Below are positions 18,782-30,256 of a stretch of 64,000 nt of DNA, piece after piece (within the stretch, counting starts at the first letter, position 1; each line of letters begins with the position of its first letter). The stretch is from Candidatus Wirthbacteria bacterium (GTDB taxonomy: Bacteria; Patescibacteriota; CG2-30-54-11). Location: positions 64,148 to 128,147 of the forward strand of contig CAISZI010000040.1 in assembly GCA_903889905.1 (NCBI GenBank), written 5' to 3'. The translations under genes and the position numbers were made by a program. The notes under the pieces were generated by a model, which saw only the letters and a list, made by a program, of their open reading frames with translations, searched no databases and had not been told where the DNA came from.

Positions 18782-20093
18782 TTTTTTTACTTTCTTTTTG
18801 TTCATACAATCTAGTGTCAGCTTCTTTTTTTGTTTTTTCAAGTCCTCCCGCCAAAAAATGGCCATTCTGGTCTCGAGTGATTTGGCCGATGCCATGCGAC
18901 AAACTTACTTTGATGACATTATTACCGTTTGGATGGTCCCTGACAGTGAATTCAAATGTATGTAAGCTTTCTAAAACTCTCTCCAGAATTGATTCAATTA
19001 CGCTATGGGCATTGCCTTTGATGCGAATTTCAAATTCATCACCACCAAAACGTCCTACTGTAACCTTGACAGGTCCATTTTTTCTAAAATTTGAATTCAG
19101 TCGCGTTCCAATCGCTTTCAATACTTGATCGCCAACTGAATGCCCATAGGTATCATTAATACTTTTGAATTTGTCGACATCAATCAAGATTATCACTACT
19201 TCATTAACGTCTGGATCAGTATCAATTTGTTCTAATTCTTCATTAAGTGCCTTTCTATTGACCAATCCAGTCAGAGCGTCAGTGTTGCTGTCTTTGAGCA
19301 ATTGCTCCTTGGTGTCCACCCCTACATAAAATCCTTGCAACTTTCCATCGACAATAATTGGCTGCCATTGCAATCTCATAGACGTTAATTGGTCCATTAT
19401 GATCACAGATGTTACGAGTTCGTATCCTTCGGGTTTAGATCCGGGCTGCTGACGCATCGTAGCGCAGATTTGGAGCAAGTGCTCATATTGTTTGATTGAC
19501 TCCGGTGGCATGAGTTTGGCTAGCGAGGGTGGGTTGTCGACCGAGAAATGCAGATACTCAGCCAATTTTGGGCTAAATAGAACATTGGGTCTTTGTGCTG
19601 CCGGATTTTGATCCCAAAGTAGCACGAACCCGTTTTTATCAATTTCAAACCAACTTAGAATCTTTGCCAATAGTACCGCTTTGGCGATCTGATCAATTTC
19701 CATATTGCCAACGGCATCAGTCACATAATTCAGCAGAACATGCAAATCTCTTCGGTCTTGAGTCCGTTGCGCCCTGGACCAATCTTGTGCTGTCAAGTTG
19801 GCAGTGTCACCTGAGAAGCCGACTTTTGAATCGATAACAATTGCTTTTGCATTATTGCCCATTAGTGGCTTGAATTCATTTTCTTCTATTCCTTTATCAA
19901 AACTTACATTTGAAAAAGGGTCCAAACCAGCTAAAAATGCTATGGTATCATTGCCTGGAATTGGTGCTTGCCTGACGTCATTGAATGGCTTGCTCATCAA
20001 TATATCAAAACGAGTTTTTGATGAATGAGTCTCAATCGAAAATCCCACATATCCGGTCTCGGCCCTGTCGGTCATAAAATTAACCCATAACAT
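18738..20093 (-). CDS. GGDEF-domain diguanylate cyclase with an N-terminal domain of unknown function (about 270 aa)
   Basis: The C-terminal half has DALTGLVNRKAL...GHSVGDQVLK...RFGGDEFEI, including the GGDEF active-site motif. Its 3' end overlaps the dinG 3' end by 44 nt in convergent orientation. Confidence 0.75.
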   Translation of the reverse strand: MLWVNFMTDRAETGYVGFSIETHSSKTRFDILMSKPFNDVRQAPIPGNDTIAFLAGLDPFSNVSFDKGIEENEFKPLMGNNAKAIVIDSKVGFSGDTANLTAQDWSRAQRTQDRRDLHVLLNYVTDAVGNMEIDQIAKAVLLAKILSWFEIDKNGFVLLWDQNPAAQRPNVLFSPKLAEYLHFSVDNPPSLAKLMPPESIKQYEHLLQICATMRQQPGSKPEGYELVTSVIIMDQLTSMRLQWQPIIVDGKLQGFYVGVDTKEQLLKDSNTDALTGLVNRKALNEELEQIDTDPDVNEVVIILIDVDKFKSINDTYGHSVGDQVLKAIGTRLNSNFRKNGPVKVTVGRFGGDEFEIRIKGNAHSVIESILERVLESLHTFEFTVRDHPNGNNVIKVSLSHGIGQITRDQNGHFLAGGLEKTKKEADTRLYEQKESKKTKAPQSASSPPAAP

Positions 20094-20221
20094 AAAATAG
20101 CTGGAAATTAATTTTATATTTTTTAAGTAATTCGTGCAAGGTTAGGATTTGGATTAATTACTTGGTTTTTATACTGACAGCGTATTATAATGCGGGTTGA
20201 AAACTTATTAGCGGGTTACCC

Positions 20222-23029
<2,808 letters not shown>

Positions 23030-23267
23030 TTCTATCAAAACAAATATATAATGATGACAGCCAATCCGTCGCTAATCGACTCGGACAAGCTTGGTTTGTG
23101 GCGTTCGCAGTATCTGCTGGGTTTGGATGTGGATTCTATCAACGCAGACTTTGGTGTCGAACCGTCTTAATTAATCGCAATTAAGGCAATATTAACTAAG
23201 ATTATTGGTGTTTTTCCTGAAAAAATGATATATTAAAATCGACTTCAGAAAAATTGAAAGGAAAAAA

Positions 23268-24173
23268 ATGACATACAAAGAACACTTTGGTCTGCGCGAG
23301 CAACCTTTTCAGCATGCACCAGACCCGCGTTTTTTCTATCTGACCAACCAGCACGAAACGGCGATGGCCAAAAATGCCTTTGTGGCCGAAAACAAACTGG
23401 GTTTGGGCGTGACGATGGGCGGTCCAGGCACAGGCAAAACAACGCTGTCGCGTATCATGTTTCAGAAATTTGCTGACCAGAAAGAATTTCAAACCATTCT
23501 GCTCGCTGATCCGGCTTACAAGACGGACAACCGTTTCCTCAGGGCTGTGATTCAGGAATTTGAAGTCGGGGAAACACAGAAAGCCATGCAGGACAGCCTG
23601 GATATCTTTGCTAAATTTTTGGAACAAAAAGTTGCCAAAGAAGGCAAAACCTGTCTGCTGCTGATCGACCACGGTGAACGCATGAAAGAAGAACTTTATG
23701 CGATCGTCAACGACATGCTGGAATTGCGCGGACCGGACAAAAAAGGTCTGTTGCAGGTATTGGTCTTCGGCCGTCATGAACTGCGTGACAAAATGAAAGA
23801 CCCCCGCAGTGGCCATATCAGTGACAAAGTGGCGGTATCCTCGTCACTGGAGGCCATGACTTTTGAGGACATGGTTAACCAGGTGCATTTTCGTTTTCAT
23901 GTCGCCGGACTCGATGACCATCCTTTTAAGGCCGATGCACTCAAGGAATTGTATATTGTCAGCCGTGGCAATCCGCGTGCGGCTGTGCGTCTCGCTGAGG
24001 TGGCGATGAACGAAGCGCTCAGGGAAAAACGCACAGACATCCATGCCGACCTGGTGCGCCAGGCAGAAGTTGTCGTGGGCATGAACCATGAACATCTGAC
24101 GCTGCAACTGGACGAAGAAATCAAGAAAGCCAAAAAAGGCAAACGCGGCCGTCCTCCCAAAGAACGAGCTTAG
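23268..24173 (+). CDS. ExeA/GspA/MshM-family AAA ATPase (AAA_22-type) with a C-terminal AT-hook-like basic tail
   Basis: The N-terminus FGLREQPFQHAPDPRFFYLT...GGPGTGKTTL is the ExeA/MshM signature including Walker A, and LLLIDHGE is Walker B. The C-terminus is KKGKRGRPPKERA. Confidence 0.7.
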   Translation: MTYKEHFGLREQPFQHAPDPRFFYLTNQHETAMAKNAFVAENKLGLGVTMGGPGTGKTTLSRIMFQKFADQKEFQTILLADPAYKTDNRFLRAVIQEFEVGETQKAMQDSLDIFAKFLEQKVAKEGKTCLLLIDHGERMKEELYAIVNDMLELRGPDKKGLLQVLVFGRHELRDKMKDPRSGHISDKVAVSSSLEAMTFEDMVNQVHFRFHVAGLDDHPFKADALKELYIVSRGNPRAAVRLAEVAMNEALREKRTDIHADLVRQAEVVVGMNHEHLTLQLDEEIKKAKKGKRGRPPKERA

Positions 24174-24186
24174 GACTTTTTGTTAT

Positions 24187-24214
24187 AACCGCCTGATGAG
24201 GGCGGTTTTTTTTT
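24187..24214 (+). terminator. Rho-independent terminator after the ExeA-like gene
   Basis: Hairpin AACCGCC-TGATGAG-GGCGG followed by a run of 9 T. Confidence 0.7.
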
Positions 24215-24261
24215 CTTGTTTTTTCCCGTATAATGCAAACCGATTCAACCATCATTAGGAT

Positions 24262-24918
24262 ATGGGCATGGCCAAAAAAGTAGAAAAGAAGAAAAACAAT
24301 TCATCCCAACTTGTGGTTATTGGTACCATCATTTTTTTCATTGTCCTGGCGGGTATTGCCATTGCCGTTGCCAAATACCACAAACCCTATCAAGTTGCGG
24401 ATATTACCGGTATGGATCCGCATAGCACGGGACTGGAAACTGCCAAACTGACGATGACCGAATATGCCGACTACGATTGTATCCACTGCCACGACTTTGC
24501 AGTTGCAGTATTGCCCGATTTGGTCAAGAAATATGGTGACAAGGTTCGTTTTGTCTTTCGCAATTTTCCTCTCAATGGCGAACAGGGTGATTCCTTTGGT
24601 TTGATGCTGGCGGCGGAAGCGGCTGGTGCCCAGGGGAAATTTGCTGAATATCAGGATCTGATCTGGAAAAATTATGGTTCCAATACCGCCATCAAGCTCA
24701 CCGCCTACGCGCAGCAGCTCAAGCTTGATGTCCCCAAGTTCACTCAGGATATCAACGGCAAAACTTACCGTAGTCGCATTCTGCAGGATCAGAATGATGG
24801 GATCAAGCTGGGAGTGGGGGGAACGCCAACCTTTTTCCTGAATGCCACGCGATATTCCGGCGCTAATGACATCACTTCACTTTCCAATGCCATTGATGCG
24901 GCTTTGAGTAAACTTTAG
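24262..24918 (+). CDS. Membrane-anchored DsbA-like thiol:disulfide oxidoreductase (thioredoxin fold)
   Basis: There is an N-terminal TM segment. The CIHC active-site CxxC lies in EYADYDCIHCHDF, and a cis-Pro region GGTPTFF is present. TATAAT is at 24229-24234 upstream. Confidence 0.75.
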   Translation: MGMAKKVEKKKNNSSQLVVIGTIIFFIVLAGIAIAVAKYHKPYQVADITGMDPHSTGLETAKLTMTEYADYDCIHCHDFAVAVLPDLVKKYGDKVRFVFRNFPLNGEQGDSFGLMLAAEAAGAQGKFAEYQDLIWKNYGSNTAIKLTAYAQQLKLDVPKFTQDINGKTYRSRILQDQNDGIKLGVGGTPTFFLNATRYSGANDITSLSNAIDAALSKL

Positions 24919-24939
24919 CGCCTAAACCCAAGGGCACCC

Positions 24940-25422
24940 ATGAAAAGCTGCCTTTTTTTTGTCGCAGTATTTGCACTGATCTTACTGGTTGGGTTGGAAA
25001 TATTTGGTTTGGTGCTAATGCACACCCCAGCGCCAATGATGAAAGATTCACTGGGTGTCTATGATACCCCTGAACACGCTTTGGATACGTATATCGCAGC
25101 CCGTAATGCCAAGGACTATTTGCATTTCCTTGAGTGTCAGGGTCAGGACACCAACGTCGATATAACTCCCAAAATCAGCGCTGACATGGTGCTTTGGGGC
25201 AGTATTAACAATTATTCTGTCAGCAATATTGAGCGGCATCAGGACATGGCCAGGGTTACGGTCACACAGGACTTTGTTTCCGATGGTGGGAATTCATTTC
25301 CAGGCCAAAAGGTGGATTATTATTTTAACAATCAATCTGGCCGCTGGATTTATCTGCCCTCAGGCATGAAACAAACCGTGCTTTGGCTAAGGGCGAGCGT
25401 TATGGGAATTGTGTTCAAATGA
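24940..25422 (+). CDS. Small membrane/secreted hypothetical protein
   Basis: There is an N-terminal hydrophobic helix (LFFVAVFALILLVGLEIFGLVL) and no recognisable domain. Its stop overlaps the next start as ATGA. Confidence 0.45.
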   Translation: MKSCLFFVAVFALILLVGLEIFGLVLMHTPAPMMKDSLGVYDTPEHALDTYIAARNAKDYLHFLECQGQDTNVDITPKISADMVLWGSINNYSVSNIERHQDMARVTVTQDFVSDGGNSFPGQKVDYYFNNQSGRWIYLPSGMKQTVLWLRASVMGIVFK

Positions 25423-26348
25423 ATGCTGCAGAAAAGGCTGTATTGCAGCTTGTTGTTTATTATGATTTGTTTGAGCAGACGCTCAGTTTGTACGAATTAT
25501 GGCAACTGCTGCCGCCGCTTGGGGCTTGGAATGCCGATTTTCAGGCTTTTGTGGCAGCTTTCCAGCTAAGTGAAACGCTGCGTGAGCGGCTGACGATGTG
25601 CGGTGATTATGTAGTGCTCACCGGACGTGAGCAACTGATTGAGCTGCGCTTAAGCATGGCGCCGGTCAAGCACAAACTTTGGCGCCGCGCGCAGTGGATG
25701 ACTCAGATTGTGCGGTTGATCCCCTTTGTGCGGATGGTTGGGGTTTCGGGTTCACTGGCGCAGGAAAGCGCGAAAGCAGATAGCGATATTGATTTTTTTA
25801 TCATTGCCCAGTCCGGTTATATCTGGTGGGTACGTTTCTGGAGCAAACTGATCCTCAAGTTGACACGGCTGGATCGTAGCCCCAGGCAAACAGGGGGACA
25901 TTTTTGTTACAACCATTACGTCACCACTCAAAGTCTGAGACTGGATAGCCAGTCGGAATATGTGGCGCGGCTTTTTTGCCACCTGGTACCGGTGTATGGC
26001 TTTGCGACCTATCGCGACTTTTGCGCGGCCAATACCTGGATCGCGCTCTACGTGGAAAGGTTTCCTGTTTATCATTTTCCGGAATTCGATATCCTGACTG
26101 ACCATGGCCTGCCAGCGGCAGTCAAAAAAGGATGGGAAAAAATGTTGCGTGGTAAATTGGGCAAAAAGTTTGAACAATGGTTAAAAACAGTGCAACTGAG
26201 ACGTATCCTTAGCGATGACCGGCGGCTCTCGCCTGGATCCCAGGTGGTGACAGAGGATGATTTATTGCGCTTTCACCTTGAAGCCAAAGAACCATTGGTC
26301 GCGGCACATTATGCGCAGAGACTTGCCGAGCTCGGGCTAAATTGTTAA
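25419..26348 (+). CDS. Pol-beta-superfamily nucleotidyltransferase-fold protein of unknown function
   Basis: GVSGSLAQESAKADSDIDFFII matches the NTase signature G[SG]x9-13DxD. It has an N-terminal ~110 aa helical region and a C-terminal ~170 aa region of unknown fold. The start at ATG 25419 is preferred over the TTG 25383 of the ORF track. Confidence 0.55.
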   Translation: MNAAEKAVLQLVVYYDLFEQTLSLYELWQLLPPLGAWNADFQAFVAAFQLSETLRERLTMCGDYVVLTGREQLIELRLSMAPVKHKLWRRAQWMTQIVRLIPFVRMVGVSGSLAQESAKADSDIDFFIIAQSGYIWWVRFWSKLILKLTRLDRSPRQTGGHFCYNHYVTTQSLRLDSQSEYVARLFCHLVPVYGFATYRDFCAANTWIALYVERFPVYHFPEFDILTDHGLPAAVKKGWEKMLRGKLGKKFEQWLKTVQLRRILSDDRRLSPGSQVVTEDDLLRFHLEAKEPLVAAHYAQRLAELGLNC

Positions 26349-26381
26349 AGTGCTGATACTTAAGCCACATCAGGAAACACC

Positions 26382-27659
26382 ATGAATTATACTTTTGAAA
26401 CTTTGCCAAGCGGGATTCGGGTTTTGCTGGCCCCCATGGCCGACGTCAAATCAGTGACCACGATGATTTTTGTCGCTGCAGGATCGCGTTACGAAACGCC
26501 GGAAATCAGCGGCATTTCACACTTTTTGGAACATATGTTTTTTAAAGGTACCAAAAAACGCCCGACTTCGCGCCATATTTCGGAAATCGTTGATGCCGTG
26601 GGAGGGGAATTCAACGCCGGCACCAGCAAGGAATACACGGTTTACTATGTCAAAGCCGCGTCCAGTCACCTCAAATTGAGCCTGGATGTGCTGTCTGATA
26701 TGATGCTGGGCTCCAAGTTTGACGCCAAAGAAATTGAAAGTGAAAAAGGCGTGATCCTGGAGGAACTCAAAATGTATGAAGACATGCCCATGCGTGATAT
26801 TGACGAAATTTATGAGGGGCTAGTCTATGGCGATCAACCGCTTGGTTGGAAAACTGTGGGCAGCCGCGCAACGATTTCCGCCACGACGCGTACCAAAATG
26901 CTTAAGTATAAAGAAAGTCTCTATACGCAGGACAATATCATCATCGGCCTGGCGGGCAATTTTGACGCCGACAAGGCGCGCGCCATGATCGATAAATACT
27001 TTGCCGGACTACCCAAGCACAAAAAAGTCACCTGGCAGCCTCTGACGGGTCGCCAGACCAAACCACGTGTTCTGTTTATCCCCAAAAAAGTAGAACAGGC
27101 GCACCTTTGCCTGGGCGTACGTGGTTTTGCCCGTGGGGACAAGGACGAGTATGCCGCCAAAGTGATGAATGTCGTGCTCGGCAGCAACATGAGTTCTCGT
27201 CTGTTCATTGAACTGCGTGAAAAGCACAAACTTTGTTACTACGTACATTCCTCGATCAATACCTACCATGACGCCGGCAGTTTTGACATCCAGGCGGGCG
27301 TGGACTTAAATCGCATCGAACTGGCCGTTGAACGGATTTTGCACGAACTAAAAAAAATTCGCGATGGCGGCGTCACGCCCAAAGAGTTCAAAAATGCCAA
27401 GGAATACATGAAAGGCAAGTTGGCACTTGGGCTCGAGGACACCGATAGTGTGATCGAATGGCTTGGCATGCAGCAGTTGATGCGCAACAAAATCCGGTCT
27501 GTCGAGGAAGTGGTCGCCATGATTAATGCCGTGACCCCTGAGCAGATGCAAAAGGTTGCTGCGCGGTTATTCCAAACCAATCGGCTCAACTTGGCGCTGA
27601 TCGCTCCGCAGGAAAAAACCAGCCAGGAACGTTTGCTCAAATTGCTCCAGCTCGATTAA
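26382..27659 (+). CDS. M16-family zinc metallopeptidase (pitrilysin/processing-peptidase-like)
   Basis: HFLEHMFFKGT carries the inverted zinc-binding motif HxxEH, followed by an E ~70 aa downstream (GGEFNAGTS...). Confidence 0.8.
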   Translation: MNYTFETLPSGIRVLLAPMADVKSVTTMIFVAAGSRYETPEISGISHFLEHMFFKGTKKRPTSRHISEIVDAVGGEFNAGTSKEYTVYYVKAASSHLKLSLDVLSDMMLGSKFDAKEIESEKGVILEELKMYEDMPMRDIDEIYEGLVYGDQPLGWKTVGSRATISATTRTKMLKYKESLYTQDNIIIGLAGNFDADKARAMIDKYFAGLPKHKKVTWQPLTGRQTKPRVLFIPKKVEQAHLCLGVRGFARGDKDEYAAKVMNVVLGSNMSSRLFIELREKHKLCYYVHSSINTYHDAGSFDIQAGVDLNRIELAVERILHELKKIRDGGVTPKEFKNAKEYMKGKLALGLEDTDSVIEWLGMQQLMRNKIRSVEEVVAMINAVTPEQMQKVAARLFQTNRLNLALIAPQEKTSQERLLKLLQLD

Positions 27660-27670
27660 AAGTTTAAACG

Positions 27671-27699
27671 TTGCAAGCACGGGCTAAATCTTATATACT
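27671..27699 (+). promoter_or_regulatory. Sigma70-like promoter upstream of infC-rpmI-rplT
   Basis: TTGCAA (27671-27676), a 17-nt spacer, then TATACT (27694-27699). Confidence 0.45.
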
Positions 27700-27775
27700 T
27701 TCTTGCACTTGCGGCTTTTTGAGTTCAGATGTTAGAATGTCTATTGTTTCCTAAATTCAACCAAAGGAGAATGCC

Positions 27776-28294
27776 ATAAGCGAACGCCAAAAACTCAACG
27801 AAGAAATACGCGCCCCGGAAATCCGTCTGATTGATGAAACGGGTACCAAGTTGGGGATCGTCTCGATTGAGTCTGCTTTGAAGCTGGCCGAAGAGCGGGG
27901 ATTGGATTTGGTTGAAGTAGGCCCCGATGCCAAACCGCCCGTTTGTCGCTTACAGGATTTTGACAAGCTCCGCTACGAACGCAAGAAACAACGTGAAAAA
28001 GCCCGCAAGCAAAGCAAACGTCAGGAAACCAAGGAAATCCGCCTTTCCCCCAATACTTCCGACAACGACACGATCGTCAAACTCAAGCAGGCACGTAAAT
28101 TCCTTGAGGCAGGCGATAAAGTCAAAATTCAGGTCAAATTTGTCGGGCGTGAGATTACTCATCCGGAACTGGGCGTCGGTATCATCGATAGAATGGTCAC
28201 GGACTTAAGTGACATCGCCGAAATTGATTTAGGGCAGCAGTTCGAAGGTAAGAAACTTCAGGTCGTGCTCAAACCCAGCCCAAGCGACGCTTAA
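27776..28294 (+). CDS. infC: Translation initiation factor IF-3 with a non-canonical ATA (or upstream ATT) start codon
   Basis: The in-frame sequence upstream of the ORF-track TTG 27851 encodes (I)SERQKLNEEIRAPEIRLIDETGTKLGIVS, which is the conserved IF3 N-terminus. Translated through to the 27851 start, these upstream codons contain no in-frame ATG, GTG or TTG. The SD AAAGGAGA at 27763-27770 is 5 nt before ATA 27776. Confidence 0.75.
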   Translation: MSERQKLNEEIRAPEIRLIDETGTKLGIVSIESALKLAEERGLDLVEVGPDAKPPVCRLQDFDKLRYERKKQREKARKQSKRQETKEIRLSPNTSDNDTIVKLKQARKFLEAGDKVKIQVKFVGREITHPELGVGIIDRMVTDLSDIAEIDLGQQFEGKKLQVVLKPSPSDA

Positions 28295-28321
28295 TTATTT
28301 ATCATCCTAAAGATAGTTAAT

Positions 28322-28519
28322 ATGCCCAAAGTACGTACCAAATCAGCCATCAAAAAACGTTTCCAGGTGACCAAGACGGGCAAAGTTGTCCACAAAGCCG
28401 TGGGCGGGTCCAAACTCAATGGTCCCAAATCCAGCGCCGTCAAACGCCGCTACAATAAAACCGTCAGTCTCGCTTCCGTCACCGTTGCCAACAAGGTGAA
28501 AAAGGCTTTGGGCAAGTAA
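28322..28519 (+). CDS. rpmI: 50S ribosomal protein L35
   Basis: MPKVRTKSAIKKRFQVTKTGKV... is L35. Confidence 0.9.
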   Translation: MPKVRTKSAIKKRFQVTKTGKVVHKAVGGSKLNGPKSSAVKRRYNKTVSLASVTVANKVKKALGK

Positions 28520-28554
28520 TTATTATCGTTTGTTCAAAAAGGAGTTTGGATTAA

Positions 28555-28911
28555 ATGACTAGAGTGAAACGCAGTGTCACCTCGCATGCCAAGCACAAAA
28601 AAGAGCTCAAATTAGCCAAAGGCTATCGCGGCACCCGCAGCAAACACCTCAAAAAAGCCCGCGAATCCAATTTGCATGCCGGTAAATATGCCCGTCGTGA
28701 TCGTCGCGCCCGCAAGGGAGATTTGCGCCGTATCTGGGTGGTGCGCCTCAATGCTGCTGTGCGTTTGTATGGGATAAGTTACAGTGAATTCATCGCCATG
28801 ATGGACAAAGCCAATGTGTCCGTCAACCGCAAAATTCTTTCTGAAATCGCTGCCCAGAATCCCGCCGCCTTTGCCCAAATTGTCGAAGACGTCAAAAAAA
28901 CCGCTGCTTAA
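28555..28911 (+). CDS. rplT: 50S ribosomal protein L20
   Basis: MTRVKRSVTSHAKHKKELKLAKGYRG... is L20. Confidence 0.92.
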   Translation: MTRVKRSVTSHAKHKKELKLAKGYRGTRSKHLKKARESNLHAGKYARRDRRARKGDLRRIWVVRLNAAVRLYGISYSEFIAMMDKANVSVNRKILSEIAAQNPAAFAQIVEDVKKTAA

Positions 28912-28938
28912 GCTTTTTTCCTTCCGCCTTTGCTCAAA

Positions 28939-28967
28939 CCACTTTCTTCCTGGGAAAGTGGTTTTTT
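28939..28967 (+). terminator. Rho-independent terminator / attenuator between rplT and pheS
   Basis: Hairpin CCACTTTC-TTCCTGG-GAAAGTGG followed by TTTTTT. Confidence 0.7.
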
Positions 28968-29039
28968 GAGATTAATGGTTGGCCAATAGTAGGGAATAGT
29001 GTAAACTTGTCTGGCTTTTTCAATTGCAGGGAAATCATC

Positions 29040-30056
29040 ATGCAAGAAGCATTACAAATGCTTGCCGCACAAGCCAAAGCAGCCATCGCCAGCGCCGACT
29101 CCAGTGCAGTCCTGGAGCAACTTCGGGTCAGCTATCTGGGTAAAAAAGGTGAATTAACGGCGATTTTACGTGGGCTCAAAGATTTGGCACCAGAGGCGAG
29201 GGCTCAGTTTGGTGCGCTGAGCAATCAGGTCAAACAAGATATCGAAGCGCAGATCGTTGGCAAAAGCAGTGCACTGGAAGAAAGTAAATACTCCAAGCTG
29301 GCCACAACAGAAGCGCTGGATGTGACCAAAACATTGCCTGCGGCCAAATCTGGACATCTTCATCCGATCACCCAGACCTGGATGTTGATCGAAGACATTT
29401 TTAACCGCATTGGATTTGAAGTTGCCTCCGGCCCAGAAGTCGAATGGGACAAATTTAACTTTGAACTCCTCAACATGCCCAAAGATCATCCGGCGCGCGA
29501 TACGCAGGATACTTTCTACGTCAGTGACGAAATTTTACTGCGAACACAGACCTCGCCAGTGCAGATCCGCTGGATGCAAAATCACCAGCCGCCCGTGCGC
29601 ATCATTGCCCCGGGCCGCGTGTTTCGTCGAGATTATGACCTGACGCACACGCCCATGTTTCATCAGTTCGAAGGGTTGGTGGTAGACAAGGGGATTACGA
29701 TCCAGGATCTCAAGGGGACCTGCATCTATGCCATGCAATCACTGCTCGGGAGCAGTACCAAAGTCCGTTTTCGGCCGCACAATTTCCCGTTTACCGAACC
29801 CAGTCTGGAAGTGGACGCGAGTTGCAATATCTGTCAGGGCAAAGGCTGTCGCACCTGCAAACACCAAGGCTGGCTGGAAATGGCCGGGGCAGGCATGGTT
29901 CATCCTCAGGTTTTGCGTAATGTCGGCTATGACCCGGAACAGGTATCAGGCTTTGCCTTTGGTTTTGGCATTGACCGCATTGCCATGATGCGCTTTGGGA
30001 TTTCCGACCTGCGCCTGCTGTTTGAAGGTGATATGCGTTTTTTGCAACAGTTTTGA
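29040..30056 (+). CDS. pheS: Phenylalanine--tRNA ligase alpha subunit
   Basis: FNFELLNMPKDHPARDTQDTFY, FRRDYDLTHTPMFHQFEG and GFAFGFGIDRIAMM are class II aaRS motifs 1-3 of PheS. ATG 29040 is preferred over TTG 29007. No pheT follows. Confidence 0.9.
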   Translation: MQEALQMLAAQAKAAIASADSSAVLEQLRVSYLGKKGELTAILRGLKDLAPEARAQFGALSNQVKQDIEAQIVGKSSALEESKYSKLATTEALDVTKTLPAAKSGHLHPITQTWMLIEDIFNRIGFEVASGPEVEWDKFNFELLNMPKDHPARDTQDTFYVSDEILLRTQTSPVQIRWMQNHQPPVRIIAPGRVFRRDYDLTHTPMFHQFEGLVVDKGITIQDLKGTCIYAMQSLLGSSTKVRFRPHNFPFTEPSLEVDASCNICQGKGCRTCKHQGWLEMAGAGMVHPQVLRNVGYDPEQVSGFAFGFGIDRIAMMRFGISDLRLLFEGDMRFLQQF

Positions 30057-30065
30057 GGAAATTCA

Positions 30066-30236
30066 ATGACTAAAGTCGCTGACTCTAACAATCATTCTTT
30101 GTGGTACGAATTCAGACACCGGCATCTCAAATTTATCATTGCCAGCATCGCTTCTTTTGGTATTGTGCTGGTAGTTTCAGCGGTGTCATTGCTCGCGATC
30201 AAGCTTTTTCCTCCCCGACATCTGCCTAAGGATTAA
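30066..30236 (+). CDS. Possible small membrane protein (56 aa)
   Basis: I hand-translated the uninterrupted ORF: MTKVADSNNHSLWYEFRHRHLKFIIASIASFGIVLVVSAVSLLAIKLFPPRHLPKD. It has one TM helix. It is shorter than the 60-aa cutoff of the ORF track. Confidence 0.3.
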   Translation: MTKVADSNNHSLWYEFRHRHLKFIIASIASFGIVLVVSAVSLLAIKLFPPRHLPKD

Positions 30237-30256
30237 TTTATTTGGCAAGGATTACC

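Noticed and set aside
23040-23267. Possible small gene or RNA between secA and the ExeA-like gene
   Set aside because: It is AT-rich promoter-like sequence with no ORF or convincing structure. It is treated as an intergenic/promoter region.
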